A DNA stretch of 64,000 nt from positions 2,306 to 66,305 of the forward strand of contig DASZJD010000080.1 in assembly GCA_035948415.1 (NCBI GenBank), read 5' to 3'. This document shows positions 34,502-44,369 of the stretch, one piece after another. The translations under genes were made by a program, and so were the position numbers. How positions within the stretch are numbered: the first letter of the stretch is position 1; each line of letters starts with the position of its first letter. Source of the stretch: Acidimicrobiia bacterium (GTDB taxonomy: Bacteria; Actinomycetota; Acidimicrobiia; IMCC26256; PALSA-555). The notes below the pieces were generated by a model, which saw only the letters and a program-made list of their open reading frames with translations, was not told the origin of the DNA and did not search any database.

Positions 34502-34639
34502 GCGCACCGCGCGTTCCGCCTGGCGGACCGGTCAGGCTCCCCCACGGCTGCTCGCGAGCCGCCGGCCACCCCCGAGGCGGCCGCCAGGTCCGGCGCGAGT
34601 GGACGGCACGGCCCGGCCGGGGGGAGCCGGGCCGTGCCG

Positions 34640-35449
34640 CTACGTGGCGCGCCGGTAGCGGGCGACCGCGAGCGGCGCGCAGACGGCGACGATGCCGACG
34701 ATCCACGCCAGCGCGCTGAGGACGTGGGAGCTGACGGCGCCGCCGAGGGTCAGGGTGCGCACCGCGTTGACGACCACGGAGACCGGCTGGTGCTTCGCGA
34801 ACACCTGGAGCCAGCCAGGCATCGACGCCACCGGGACGAACGCGGAGGACGCGAACACGAGCGGGGCGAGGATCGGGAATGACGCGGCCTGCGCCGTCTC
34901 GCTGTCGCGGACTGACAGGCCCACGATGGCGAACACCCAGGACAACGAGTACGCGAAGGCAAGCACGAGGCCGAGCCCGGCGACGATCGACAAGGCGCCG
35001 CCGGTCGGGTTCCACCCGACGGCCAGCCCGACCACGCACATCAGGCCGACGACGAACACGTTGCGAAGCAGGTCGGCGAGGGTGCGCCCGAGGAGCACCG
35101 CGGAGCGAGCCATCGGCAGCGACCGGAAGCGGTCGACGAGGCCCTTCTGGAGGTCCTCGGCGAGGCCGACGCCGGTGGTGAGCGCGCCGAACACGACCGT
35201 CTGCACGAAGATGCCCGGCATGAGGTAGTCGACGTACGGAACGCCCGGAACGTTGATCGCGCCGCCGAAGACGTAGCGGAACATCAGCACGAAGATGACG
35301 GGCTGGATCGTCGCGAAGACGAGCAGCTGCGGGTTCCGTCGGATGTTCAGGACGTTCCGCCACGCGATGGTCAGCGCGTCACCGACCACAGAGGGTCGGC
35401 CGACAGTCCGAGTTGACGGGGCGGTCAGGGTCACAGGGGGCGCGGTCAT
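34640..35449 (-). CDS. ABC-2 type transporter permease (DrrB-like)
   Basis: 269 aa with six hydrophobic segments. 4-nt overlap with the upstream ATPase gene. Confidence 0.8.
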   Translation of the reverse strand: MTAPPVTLTAPSTRTVGRPSVVGDALTIAWRNVLNIRRNPQLLVFATIQPVIFVLMFRYVFGGAINVPGVPYVDYLMPGIFVQTVVFGALTTGVGLAEDLQKGLVDRFRSLPMARSAVLLGRTLADLLRNVFVVGLMCVVGLAVGWNPTGGALSIVAGLGLVLAFAYSLSWVFAIVGLSVRDSETAQAASFPILAPLVFASSAFVPVASMPGWLQVFAKHQPVSVVVNAVRTLTLGGAVSSHVLSALAWIVGIVAVCAPLAVARYRRAT

Positions 35450-36414
35450 CGGTTGACTGCCTCCTTCTCGTCGGCGGCGTGGCCGGTGAGGGTCAGGAAC
35501 ACGTCGTCCAGCGTCGGCTCTCGAAGCGCCATGGCGCGGGGCTCGAGGCGCTCGGCGTCGAGGACGCGCACCGCCTGGAGCATGGCCTGGGCGCCATCAG
35601 CGACGTTCACACGGACCTCTTTGCCGTCGACGGCGAGCTCGCCGACCCGATGGAGCCGTGCCGCCGCGCTGCGGGCGGTGTCGGGGTCGTCGAACGCGAC
35701 CTCGATGATCGTGGCACCGAGTCGGGCCTTCAGCTCGCTGGCGGTGCCTTCGGCGATCAGGGTGCCGCGATCGATGACGACGATCCGGTCGGCGAGGCGG
35801 TCGGCCTCCTCCAGGTACTGGGTCGTCAGGAGCAGGGTCGTGCCGGCGTCGACGAGCTCCTCGATGAACGCCCACAGCTCGGTGCGGCCCTGCGGGTCGA
35901 GCCCGGTCGTCGGCTCGTCGAGGAAGAGCACCGGCGGCTCATGGACGAGCGCGGCCGCCAGGTCGAGCCGTCGGCGCATCCCGCCCGAGAACGTGCGGAC
36001 GAGGCGGTCGGAGGCGTCGGCGAGGTTGAAGCGCTCGAGGAGGGTGTCGGCGCGGCGGACGACGTCGGCCCAGGGCAGGTGGGTGAGCCGGCCCACGAGG
36101 CGCAGGTTCTCCCTGGCGGTGAGGTTCTCGTCGACGGCGGCGTACTGGCCGGCCAGGCCGATGACGGCCCGGGTCCCCATCGGGTCCTCGGTCACGTCCT
36201 GGCCGAGGACCTCGGCCCGTCCCCGATCCGGCTTCAGCAGCGTGGTCAGGATCCGGACCGCGGTGGTCTTGCCCGCCCCGTTGGGGCCGAGCAGGCCGAG
36301 GACGGTGCCGACCGGCACCTCGAAGGACACGCCGGCGAGGGCGTGGACGTCCCCGAACGACTTGCCGAGGTCGACGGCGCGGATGGCGAGGCTGGCGGTC
36401 ACGGGGGTTTCCAT
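35446..36414 (-). CDS. ABC transporter ATP-binding protein (DrrA-like)
   Basis: 'GPNGAGKTT', 'FSGGMRRRLDLA' and 'VLFLDEPTTGLDP'. Confidence 0.9.
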   Translation of the reverse strand: METPVTASLAIRAVDLGKSFGDVHALAGVSFEVPVGTVLGLLGPNGAGKTTAVRILTTLLKPDRGRAEVLGQDVTEDPMGTRAVIGLAGQYAAVDENLTARENLRLVGRLTHLPWADVVRRADTLLERFNLADASDRLVRTFSGGMRRRLDLAAALVHEPPVLFLDEPTTGLDPQGRTELWAFIEELVDAGTTLLLTTQYLEEADRLADRIVVIDRGTLIAEGTASELKARLGATIIEVAFDDPDTARSAAARLHRVGELAVDGKEVRVNVADGAQAMLQAVRVLDAERLEPRAMALREPTLDDVFLTLTGHAADEKEAVNR

Positions 36415-36453
36415 GACCGGATCCTACGCACTATGCTTCAGGTAAGTCAAATA

Positions 36454-36491
36454 TCCGAGTCCTCGGAGATTTGGAGCCTTGAACACTCCAA
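36454..36491. promoter_or_regulatory. two inverted repeats in the drrA/marR divergent intergenic region (candidate MarR operators)
   Basis: TCCGAG-TC-CTCGGA (36454-36467) and TTGGAG-N9-CTCCAA (36471-36491), in a locally AT-richer 101-bp gap. Confidence 0.35.
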
Positions 36492-36515
36492 GCAAGCCCA
36501 GGAAGGCGTAACCTC

Positions 36516-37001
36516 GTGGGTGTGACAAGGGTCACGAAGGAGCAGCTGGCCCGGAGCGCGTGGGAGCTGCTGGTCGCCTACACGTTCTCGCAGCGATCGG
36601 CGCTCGCCGACATCGCGCGCGAGCTCGGTCTCACGCCCGGGCACACGAAGACCATCCTCGAGCTGGATCCGGACGAGGGCCGCTCCATGGGGGAGCTCGC
36701 GACGGTGCTGGCCTGTGACGCCTCGAACGCGACCTGGCTCGTGGATCGGCTCGAGGAGCGCGGCCTGGTGGAACGTCAGCCGCATCCCGGTGATCGGCGC
36801 GTGAAGTCTGTCGTGCTGACGCCCGAGGGCGCGAAGACGCGGGCCCTCCTCATCGAGCGGCTCGCGACCCCACCGGAGGACCTCGCGACGCTCGACCGCG
36901 CCGACCTCGAGGCCCTCCTCGACGCGCTCGGGCGTCTCCCACCCCATCCACCGTTCTGGTCGCCCGCGCACCGCTCGGCGACGGGCGCCCCGACCGGGTA
37001 G
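36516..37001 (+). CDS. MarR-family transcriptional regulator
   Basis: 161 aa with the winged-helix core 'MGELATVLACDASNATWLVDRLEERGLVERQPHPGDRRVK'. Confidence 0.85.
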   Translation: MGVTRVTKEQLARSAWELLVAYTFSQRSALADIARELGLTPGHTKTILELDPDEGRSMGELATVLACDASNATWLVDRLEERGLVERQPHPGDRRVKSVVLTPEGAKTRALLIERLATPPEDLATLDRADLEALLDALGRLPPHPPFWSPAHRSATGAPTG

Positions 37002-37139
37002 GCCGGGCTCGCGACCGCTCGGCCGCGGTGGCGGGCGGCAGGGTCCGTCCCCGACGCCGGTGACCGGGTCGGTTGTGGTCCTCCTGGAAATCCCGTTCCT
37101 GGTCCCGTAGAACAGGAGCAGCAGAAGGGACGGACCCCC

Positions 37140-38237
37140 GTGGGCGAAGCGGTTCGCGGTGTCATCGCCTCGGCGCCCGGCGAGCCGGTGACGGTCGAGA
37201 CCATCGTGGTCCCGGACCCAGGCCCCGGTGAGGCGCGGGTGCGGGTGCAGGCGTGCGGCGTCTGCCACACCGACCTCCACTACCGCCAGGGCGCGATCGG
37301 TGACGACTTCCCGTACCTGCTCGGGCACGAGGCCGCAGGAACCGTCGAGGTCGTGGGCGAAGGCGTCACCGACGTCGCACCGGGCGATTTCGTCGTCCTG
37401 AACTGGCGGGCCGTCTGCGGCCAGTGTCGAGCCTGTCGTCGCGGGCGTCCGTGGCACTGCTTCGGCTCGCGCAACGCCGAGCAGCAGACGACGCTCGCAG
37501 ACGGAGCCCCGCTCTCCCCCGCCCTCGGCATCGGCGCGTTCGCCGACAAGGTGCTCGTCGCCGCGGGCCAGGCGACGAAGGTCGACCCGGCCGCACGCCC
37601 CGAAGCCGCGGGTCTGGTCGGCTGCGGCGTCATGGCCGGATTCGGGGCGGCCGTCAACACCGGTGCCGTGACACGCGGCGACAGCGTCGCGGTGTTCGGG
37701 TGCGGTGGGGTCGGCGACGCCGCGATCGCCGGCGCTCGGTTGGTCGGCGCGGGGATGATCATCGCCGTCGACACCGACGCCAGGAAGCTCGACCAGGCGC
37801 AGGCGTTTGGCGCGACCCACACCATCGACTCGTCCCGCGTCGATCCCGTCGAGCGCATCCGCTCGCTCACCGACGGGAACGGGGTCGACGTCAGCATCGA
37901 GGCGGTCGGCCATCCCGACGTGCTCCGTCAGGCCTTCTACGCCCGGGACTTGGCCGGCACGCTCGTCCAGGTCGGTGTACCCGCGCCATCGATGCCGCTG
38001 CCCGACATCCCGATGATCGACTTCTTCGGCCGAGGCGGCGTGCTCAAGCCGTCGTGGTACGGCGACTGCCTGCCGAGCCGCGACTTCCCGCTGCTGATCG
38101 ATCTCTACCTCCAAGGCCGCTTCGACCTGGATCGGTTCGTGTCAGAGACCATTCCCCTCGAAGGAATCGAGGAGGCCTTCGCCAAGATGCGCCGCGGCGA
38201 GGTCCTGCGGTCGGTCGTCGTCCTCGACGCGCCGTGA
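37140..38237 (+). CDS. class III Zn-dependent alcohol dehydrogenase, S-(hydroxymethyl)mycothiol/glutathione dehydrogenase-like
   Basis: '[10 protein letters not shown]', 'GHEAAGTVE', '[15 protein letters not shown]' (structural Zn) and 'GCGGVG'. Confidence 0.8.
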   Translation: MGEAVRGVIASAPGEPVTVETIVVPDPGPGEARVRVQACGVCHTDLHYRQGAIGDDFPYLLGHEAAGTVEVVGEGVTDVAPGDFVVLNWRAVCGQCRACRRGRPWHCFGSRNAEQQTTLADGAPLSPALGIGAFADKVLVAAGQATKVDPAARPEAAGLVGCGVMAGFGAAVNTGAVTRGDSVAVFGCGGVGDAAIAGARLVGAGMIIAVDTDARKLDQAQAFGATHTIDSSRVDPVERIRSLTDGNGVDVSIEAVGHPDVLRQAFYARDLAGTLVQVGVPAPSMPLPDIPMIDFFGRGGVLKPSWYGDCLPSRDFPLLIDLYLQGRFDLDRFVSETIPLEGIEEAFAKMRRGEVLRSVVVLDAP

Positions 38238-38353
38238 GCGCCGCGTTCGGCGAGGCCGGACCCGATCGTTCGGTTCGTGATGGCGAAGCGTCGAAACGAG
38301 GGACGAGCGCGTCTGCCTCGAGCGGTCGGCGGACCCCCGCAGTAGCCTCGGGC

Positions 38354-39184
38354 GTGCCCGCTCCCACTCGCCGTCGCGTGACCTCGGTTCGGGTGCGCGC
38401 CGTCGACGGCACCGTGGTGGCGGAGCGCCCGGACCGGCTCGTCACCGAGGAGCCGCTGGAGATCCGTGTCCACGGCCCGGGGCAAGCGCCGCAGCCGCTC
38501 GCGGTCACGATGCGGACGCCGGGCGATGACTTCGAGCTCGCCGTCGGCTTCCTCATCACCGAGCAACTGGCGACGCCGGGCGACGTTGCATCCGTCACCT
38601 ACTGCGTCGGCAACGGCGGCGCGCCCGAGTACAACCTCGTGAACGTCGGGCTGACGCACCCGGTCTCCGTGCACGGTCGGACGTTCCCGGTCAACGCCAG
38701 CTGCGGCCTCTGCGGCGCGACGACCATCGACGACGCGCTCCGCGACACCTCCCCGGTCGGTCCGGGCCCGATCGTCTCGCGGTCGGTCCTCGTAACGCTG
38801 CCGGATCGGCTCCGGGATCGCCAGGCCGTGTTCGCGGCCACGGGCGGACTGCACGCCGCCGGGCTCTTCACGGCTCGCGGCGACGTCATCGTGCTCCGAG
38901 AGGATGTGGGTCGACACAACGCCCTCGACAAGGTCGTCGGTCACCTGGCCCTGCACGGCGACCTGCCGGCACGCGACACGATCGTGGCGGTGTCGGGACG
39001 CCTGAGCTATGAGATCGTGCAGAAGTCCGCCGTCGCGGGGATCTCGGTCCTCTGTGCCGTGTCGGCCCCCTCGAGCCTGGCCGTCGACGCGGCCCGACGC
39101 GTCGATCAGACCTTGGTGGGCTTCCTGCGGGGAGACCGGTTCAACGTCTACACGGGCTCCGAGCGCGTCGACCTGGACCGCTGA
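38354..39184 (+). CDS. fdhD: formate dehydrogenase accessory sulfurtransferase FdhD
   Basis: GTG 38354 within ORF 37424..39184. 'EEPLEIRV', 'NASCGLCG' and 'RHNALDKVVG' are FdhD motifs. Confidence 0.85.
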   Translation: MPAPTRRRVTSVRVRAVDGTVVAERPDRLVTEEPLEIRVHGPGQAPQPLAVTMRTPGDDFELAVGFLITEQLATPGDVASVTYCVGNGGAPEYNLVNVGLTHPVSVHGRTFPVNASCGLCGATTIDDALRDTSPVGPGPIVSRSVLVTLPDRLRDRQAVFAATGGLHAAGLFTARGDVIVLREDVGRHNALDKVVGHLALHGDLPARDTIVAVSGRLSYEIVQKSAVAGISVLCAVSAPSSLAVDAARRVDQTLVGFLRGDRFNVYTGSERVDLDR

Positions 39185-41425
39185 GTGGCCTGGCCAGGAT
39201 CGGCGAGGGTCCGGAGCCCCCATCGGACACGATCCGATCTCTGGGTCGGTTTCCGCCCGTATGGCCTGGGGGAGACCAAACCCAACCACTACGCGGAGAT
39301 CCTGCGCACCATCTGGACCAACCGCGACAACCTGCGGTACGCGTGGCGGATCCTGCGCCGAGGCGTGTGCGACGGCTGCGCGCTGGGGGTCGCCGGGTTC
39401 CACGACTGGACGCTCGAGGGCGTGCACCTGTGCACGACACGCCTGAACCTGCTGCGGGTCAACACGATGGGAGCGCTGGACCCCGCGAGGCTCGCCGACG
39501 TGGCCAGCCTGCGCGACGAGGCTGGTCCCGTGCTCCGAGGACTCGGGCGCCTCGCCCATCCGATGGTGCGCCGCCGGGGTGATCGCGGCTTCGCCCGGAT
39601 CTCCTGGGACGAGGCCCTGGATCTCCTCGCCGGGCGGATCCGAGCCTCGACGCCCGATCGGCTCGCCCTGTACCTGACGGCGCGAGGGCTCACGAACGAG
39701 ACGTATTACGTCGCCCAGAAGGTCATGCGGTTCCTCGGCACCAACAACATCGACAACGCGGCCCGACTGTGCCACGCGCCGTCGACGCTGGCGCTCAAGC
39801 GCTCCATCGGCGTGGGCGCGACGACCTGCTCGTACACCGACGTCATCGAGTCCGATCTCATCGTGCTGTTCGGTGCCAACGTCGCCAACGCCCAGCCCGT
39901 GTTCATGAAGTACCTGTACCTGGCCCGCAAGCGCGGCGCCCAGGTGATCGTCGTGAATCCGCTCCGCGAGCCGGGCCTAGACCGCTACTGGGTGCCCAGC
40001 AGCGTCGAGAGCGCCCTCTTCGGCACCCGGATGACCGACGAGTTTGTGCCCGTGCATGTCGGCGGGGACGTGGCGTTCCTGAACGGCGTCCTCAAGGTGC
40101 TCGTCGCCGAGGGCGGAATCGACCGTGGCTTCGTCGACGAGCACACGACCGGCTTCGACGCCGTGGTCGCCGAGGTGGATCGTGAGTCCTTCGACGAGCT
40201 CGAGACCCGCTCTGGGGTGTCCCGAGCCGCGATGGAAGCGTTCGCCCGCCGGTACGCGTCCGTTCGATCGGCGGTCCTGGTCTGGTCCATGGGCATCACG
40301 CAGCACTGCGCCGGGGTCGACAACGTGGCCGCGATCGTCAATCTCGCCCTCGCGCGCGGCAACGTCGGGCGCCGCGGCGCCGGCCTCATGCCCATCCGCG
40401 GCCACTCCGGCGTGCAGGGCGGCGCCGAGATGGGGGCGTACGCCACCGCGCTCCCCGGGGGGGCGCCCGTTGACCCCACCAGCGCGGCCGCCCTGAGCGA
40501 GCGCTACGGCTTTCGCGTTCCGTCCGAGCCCGGGCTCACCGCCGAGGCCATGCTCGAAGCCGCCGAAGGCGGGGGTCTCGACGTGCTCTGGACCAGCGGC
40601 GGCAACTTCCTCGAGGTGCTGCCCGACCCCAACCGGGTCGAGCGCGCCCTCGGCCGTGTGCCCCTCCGGGTCCATCAGGACATCGTCCTCTCGAGCCAGA
40701 TGCTCGTCGACGGCGAAGCCGTCCTGCTGCTGCCCGTCGCGACCCGTTACGAGCAGCGCGGAGGTGGCACCGAGACGACGACGGAGCGTCGCATCGTGTT
40801 CAGCCCCGAGATCGCCGGGCCCCGGATCGGTGAGGCGCGCAGCGAGTGGGAGGTCTTCGTCGAGATGGGCCGCCGCGTCGATCCCGAGCGCGCAGAGCTC
40901 GTTCGGTTCGCGTCGGGCGACGCCATCCGAGCGGAGATCGCCAGCGTCGTGCCCACCTACGCCGGCGTCGAGCGGCTCCGCCGCACCGGGGATTCGATCC
41001 AGTGGGGCGGGGCACGCCTCTGCGAGGACGGTCTGTTCCCGACCCCGGACGGTCGCGCCCGCTTCACGCCGGTGGTCCCGGCGTCAGCGAGCCCCGACGA
41101 CGGCCGCCTGCGTCTCGCGACTCGCCGCGGCAAGCAGTTCAACACGATGGTGATGGCGGAGCGCGATCCCCTGACTGGTGCCCGACGCGACGCGGTGTTC
41201 CTCGCTCGTGCCGACGCGTCGCGCCTCGGCGTCGGTGACGGCGACGCCGTCGTGGTGCGCTCGCCCCACGGAGAGCTGCGTGCCCGCGTCCACGTCTCCG
41301 ACGTCAGGCCTGGCAACGCGCAGCTGTTCTTCCCTGAGGCCAACGTGCTCTTGCCGATGGGGCGGCGCGGCGAGTCCGGAATCCCCGACTACACGGATCG
41401 GGTCGAGATCGTCGCCGCGAGCTGA
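39185..41425 (+). CDS. FdhF/YdeP-family molybdopterin oxidoreductase (single-subunit formate-dehydrogenase-like)
   Basis: 'GVCDGCALGVAGFHDWTLEGVHLCTTRLNLL' N-terminal region and 'NIDNAARLCHAPS' active-site segment (Cys, codon TGC). 746 aa, starting directly after the fdhD stop. Confidence 0.85.
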   Translation: MAWPGSARVRSPHRTRSDLWVGFRPYGLGETKPNHYAEILRTIWTNRDNLRYAWRILRRGVCDGCALGVAGFHDWTLEGVHLCTTRLNLLRVNTMGALDPARLADVASLRDEAGPVLRGLGRLAHPMVRRRGDRGFARISWDEALDLLAGRIRASTPDRLALYLTARGLTNETYYVAQKVMRFLGTNNIDNAARLCHAPSTLALKRSIGVGATTCSYTDVIESDLIVLFGANVANAQPVFMKYLYLARKRGAQVIVVNPLREPGLDRYWVPSSVESALFGTRMTDEFVPVHVGGDVAFLNGVLKVLVAEGGIDRGFVDEHTTGFDAVVAEVDRESFDELETRSGVSRAAMEAFARRYASVRSAVLVWSMGITQHCAGVDNVAAIVNLALARGNVGRRGAGLMPIRGHSGVQGGAEMGAYATALPGGAPVDPTSAAALSERYGFRVPSEPGLTAEAMLEAAEGGGLDVLWTSGGNFLEVLPDPNRVERALGRVPLRVHQDIVLSSQMLVDGEAVLLLPVATRYEQRGGGTETTTERRIVFSPEIAGPRIGEARSEWEVFVEMGRRVDPERAELVRFASGDAIRAEIASVVPTYAGVERLRRTGDSIQWGGARLCEDGLFPTPDGRARFTPVVPASASPDDGRLRLATRRGKQFNTMVMAERDPLTGARRDAVFLARADASRLGVGDGDAVVVRSPHGELRARVHVSDVRPGNAQLFFPEANVLLPMGRRGESGIPDYTDRVEIVAAS

Positions 41426-41586
41426 CCGGGCAACTCGGACCTGGTTCCGGTCGGGCTCGTCGCCGCTTCCGGGCGTCCCCTTCGGATCGATCGGCACTCC
41501 GTCAGTGGTCGATCGAACGGATCACGACCCGGCGGCCCGATCCGGTGGCCGGCTCCGCGCCGGCGCTGAGCGCGCGACGACGCCCG

Positions 41587-42438
41587 TCAGCGAGAGGCTC
41601 GAACGATCCACGCCGCGGCGCCGAGGCAGACACCCTCGGGGGTCTGGTGGCCGGCGAGCGCGTCCCGAACCGCGTCGGTGGCGCGGGCTTCTGCGTCCGC
41701 CGCAGCGTCGGCGAAGATCGCTCGCGCCATGCCGGTCCCCCGCAGGAACTCCAGCGTCTCCTCGAGGCTGCCGCCGCCGCCCAGCAGCATCGGGGCCTCG
41801 ACCGGCCCGACGTCGACATCTCGAAACCCGGCGGTTCTCAGCACCTCGGCGGTGCGATCGGGGTCGGCGAGCGCGAAGGGCCCGGGCGCGCCGGGGGGAC
41901 CGAGGTCAGGCAGCGGGATCTGGGTGGCGGCGGCCATGCCCGGCACCAGCACCCACTCGTTCTGCGGCAGGCCCTGCCAGCACACGAACACGAGGCGCCC
42001 GCCCGGCTCAGCCGCTCCGGCCAGATTGGCGAACGCGGCGACCGGATCGTCGAAGAACATGACCCCGAACCGGCTCATCACGACATCGCGGCTCCCGCGG
42101 CCAACGTCCGCGACTTGCGCGTCGGCGACCTCGAACCGGACGTTCTGAATCGCCTCGTCGCTCGCCCTGCTGCGCGCACGGTCGATCATCGGACGCGAGA
42201 CGTCCAGGCCGAGCGCGTCACCGCCCCTGGCCGCCGCAGCGGCGGCGAACGTCGTCGTTCCGGTCCCACATCCCACGTCCAGTACCCGATCCCCCGGACC
42301 GATTGCCGCCACCGTGAGCAAGTGATCGGTGAACGGACGCAGCATCGCGTCGTAGCGGGCCTGATGGTCGATCCAGTGGCGCGCCTCGTCCGAGTTCCAA
42401 TACTCGATCTGCTCCGCGTTCGCGCCGTTGCTCGTCAC
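41587..42438 (-). CDS. class I SAM-dependent methyltransferase
   Basis: 'RVLDVGCGTGTTT' motif I. 283 aa. Confidence 0.8.
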   Translation of the reverse strand: MTSNGANAEQIEYWNSDEARHWIDHQARYDAMLRPFTDHLLTVAAIGPGDRVLDVGCGTGTTTFAAAAAARGGDALGLDVSRPMIDRARSRASDEAIQNVRFEVADAQVADVGRGSRDVVMSRFGVMFFDDPVAAFANLAGAAEPGGRLVFVCWQGLPQNEWVLVPGMAAATQIPLPDLGPPGAPGPFALADPDRTAEVLRTAGFRDVDVGPVEAPMLLGGGGSLEETLEFLRGTGMARAIFADAAADAEARATDAVRDALAGHQTPEGVCLGAAAWIVRASR

Positions 42439-43454
42439 GGCTCGTCTTCCTCGAGCGACGTCGCGACCGCCGGCGACGCCGCTCCCAGCTGGGCGCGCCA
42501 GGGCGCCACGTCGAGGTTCGGGTAGCGCGCCGCGGTCTCGTCGAGCAACGCCGCGTCCCAGATCGGGTGCCCGGGTGGGGGGAACCCGAAGAGTTCGAGC
42601 TGGCGCGGCGTCGACCCCTCAACGAACTGAGTCCACGCTGGAAACGTCGCTCGCGACTGCACCGAGGTGTACCCGATCCAGTCCTGGCCCGCGACCTTGA
42701 AGCTGACGTTGAGGAGGAAGCGTGCGCCTCCGGGCGCCGTGAGGTTCACGGCGCGATGGAAGACGTCGGGGCGGTAGGCGAGCAAGGACCCGCGCATCCC
42801 GGCTGCCGGCCGCTCCCGGGAATACAGCTCCGGGTCATTGGCCGGCATGATCAACGGCGCGGTCGGCGAACGACCTGGTGAGTCGCGAAGCGACACGAGA
42901 TGTGTCGGAGCGGTTCCAGCGTCCACGTCCGAGAGGTAGAGGAACGACTCGACGTGCAACCACGGGGTTTCAGCGCGAGGCGGCAGCCACGAGTGGTTTC
43001 GGTCGGTGTGCATCGGCTGCTCGTAATTCGTCTCACCCGTGTACTTGGCCGACACGCCCACCTGGTATAGGCGCAGGTCGTCCGTCGCCAGGAGCCGCTC
43101 GGCAAGGTCGACGATCGCCGGGTGGACGCACAACCGGTTGAGCCGGCCCGACCCCGAGAACGGGAACTCCGCTCGCCACGTGTGCTGCTCGGGCCGGAAC
43201 CCGGGTCCGTCGGGCGGCCACGTGAACGAGTGACGCGGCGGGGCTGGCTCGCCGAGCCACTTCTTGGTCTCCCCGGCTGGATCGGCGTGGTAGTCCGCCG
43301 GAGTGGGGAAGAGGTCCGGCAGGTCCTCAGCCGCGGCGTCGATCTCGTCGGTGCCGATCAACCCGTCGACCAGCACCCACCCGTGCTCGCGCCACGCGTC
43401 GACCTCGTCGTCACGGGCGCGTCGCCCGGCGTGCGTCGCGAGGTCGCGGGCCAT
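42435..43454 (-). CDS. phytanoyl-CoA dioxygenase (PhyH)-like Fe(II)/2-oxoglutarate oxygenase
   Basis: 339 aa. The N-terminal 'WREHGWVLVDGLI' and the 'MHTDRNHSW' / 'FHRAVN' spacing resemble the PhyH family. 4-nt overlap with the methyltransferase. Tentative. Confidence 0.55.
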   Translation of the reverse strand: MARDLATHAGRRARDDEVDAWREHGWVLVDGLIGTDEIDAAAEDLPDLFPTPADYHADPAGETKKWLGEPAPPRHSFTWPPDGPGFRPEQHTWRAEFPFSGSGRLNRLCVHPAIVDLAERLLATDDLRLYQVGVSAKYTGETNYEQPMHTDRNHSWLPPRAETPWLHVESFLYLSDVDAGTAPTHLVSLRDSPGRSPTAPLIMPANDPELYSRERPAAGMRGSLLAYRPDVFHRAVNLTAPGGARFLLNVSFKVAGQDWIGYTSVQSRATFPAWTQFVEGSTPRQLELFGFPPPGHPIWDAALLDETAARYPNLDVAPWRAQLGAASPAVATSLEEDEP

Positions 43455-43564
43455 GCCAAAGGACTAGCGACCCGTCGCCGGCTGGCGCAAACTCGAGCCC
43501 GGCCGAGCGTGTCGAGCCCGGCGTCCAACGCCGCCTCGGTGCGCCGTCTCGTCGGACTCGGTGC

Positions 43565-43960
43565 TCAGGGCGATGCTGCGACCCGGGCGGCCGCGTCGGC
43601 ACGCTGGTCGAAGCCGCGGATGTCCACGATGCGCCCGGAACGGATCCTGACGACCTGCCAACGATCCACCTCGCCACCCCCTGCCTGCGCCGCGGGGTTG
43701 CCGCTGACCCGAAGACCGATGAGGAGCTGGTCGCCGTGCACCGTCATCTCGGTGACCCGGGCCCGGACGCCGGCGGTGCGTCCGCGTTGGTACCAGGCCA
43801 GCACCTGGTCCCGGTTCGTGCAGCCCGGCGCGGGGTCGTCCGGGGCGCCCCAGCGCACGCTTGGGTCGAGCAGGTCGCTGACTGCGGCCAACTCCGCTGA
43901 CTCCAGCGCGGCGCGGACGCGTTCGACGATCTCCCGTCCCACCGCCTGCCGTTCATCCAT
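43565..43960 (-). CDS. SnoaL-like NTF2-fold protein
   Basis: ATG 43960 ('MDERQAVGREIVERVRAALESAELAAVSDLLDPSVRWG...RIRSGRIVDIRGF'). Confidence 0.55.
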   Translation of the reverse strand: MDERQAVGREIVERVRAALESAELAAVSDLLDPSVRWGAPDDPAPGCTNRDQVLAWYQRGRTAGVRARVTEMTVHGDQLLIGLRVSGNPAAQAGGGEVDRWQVVRIRSGRIVDIRGFDQRADAAARVAASP

Positions 43961-44369
43961 CGAGCCGCCTCCGCCGCTTCGCCTTCGAGATGGTGTCAGA
44001 CACCGAGAGGGAGTGCCGGTTCCGGCGCCTGTCGGCACGACCTCGACGGTCGAACGAATCTCGGCTCGCTGGGAGGTCCTCCTCGGGCGCTCGACACGAT
44101 CGAGACGGGTCAGCACACTGTCTCGCCATGTCATCCCTGACCGCCGGGCGAGGCGCGGGCCGGACTCGCGATGGCGGAGGCCGGCCCGAACGCGGGCGGT
44201 GCGACGGCGCGCACCCTAGCCTGGAGGGGCCGGGCCCTACCTGGGAGGGAACCACGGAAACGACGACCGCCCCCTTCGTCAACTGGCAGTCCTGCTCGAG
44301 TGTCTTTGAGGAAGCGTCGTACAGGACACGTGACCTGGCCGGGAATCGGCCGGTCCCCTGACACAGCAC

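Noticed and set aside
33322-34569. 415-aa minus-strand ORF
   Set aside because: Only the last 158 codons (the HxlR domain) are credible. The upstream part overlaps the cNMP-binding gene on the other strand and is low complexity.
39770-39772. Possible selenocysteine in the FdhF/YdeP-type molybdoenzyme
   Set aside because: The active-site position in 'LCHAPS' is encoded by TGC (Cys), not TGA, so this enzyme gives no evidence for Sec usage.
44135-44369. preQ1 or other riboswitch in the 235-nt leader upstream of queD
   Set aside because: I could not recognise the preQ1-I/II/III, THF or ZTP consensus cores by eye. There is only a generic hairpin (GACC-t-GGCCG ggaat CGGCC GGTC) about 14 nt before the ATG. 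A covariance-model scan is needed before any call.
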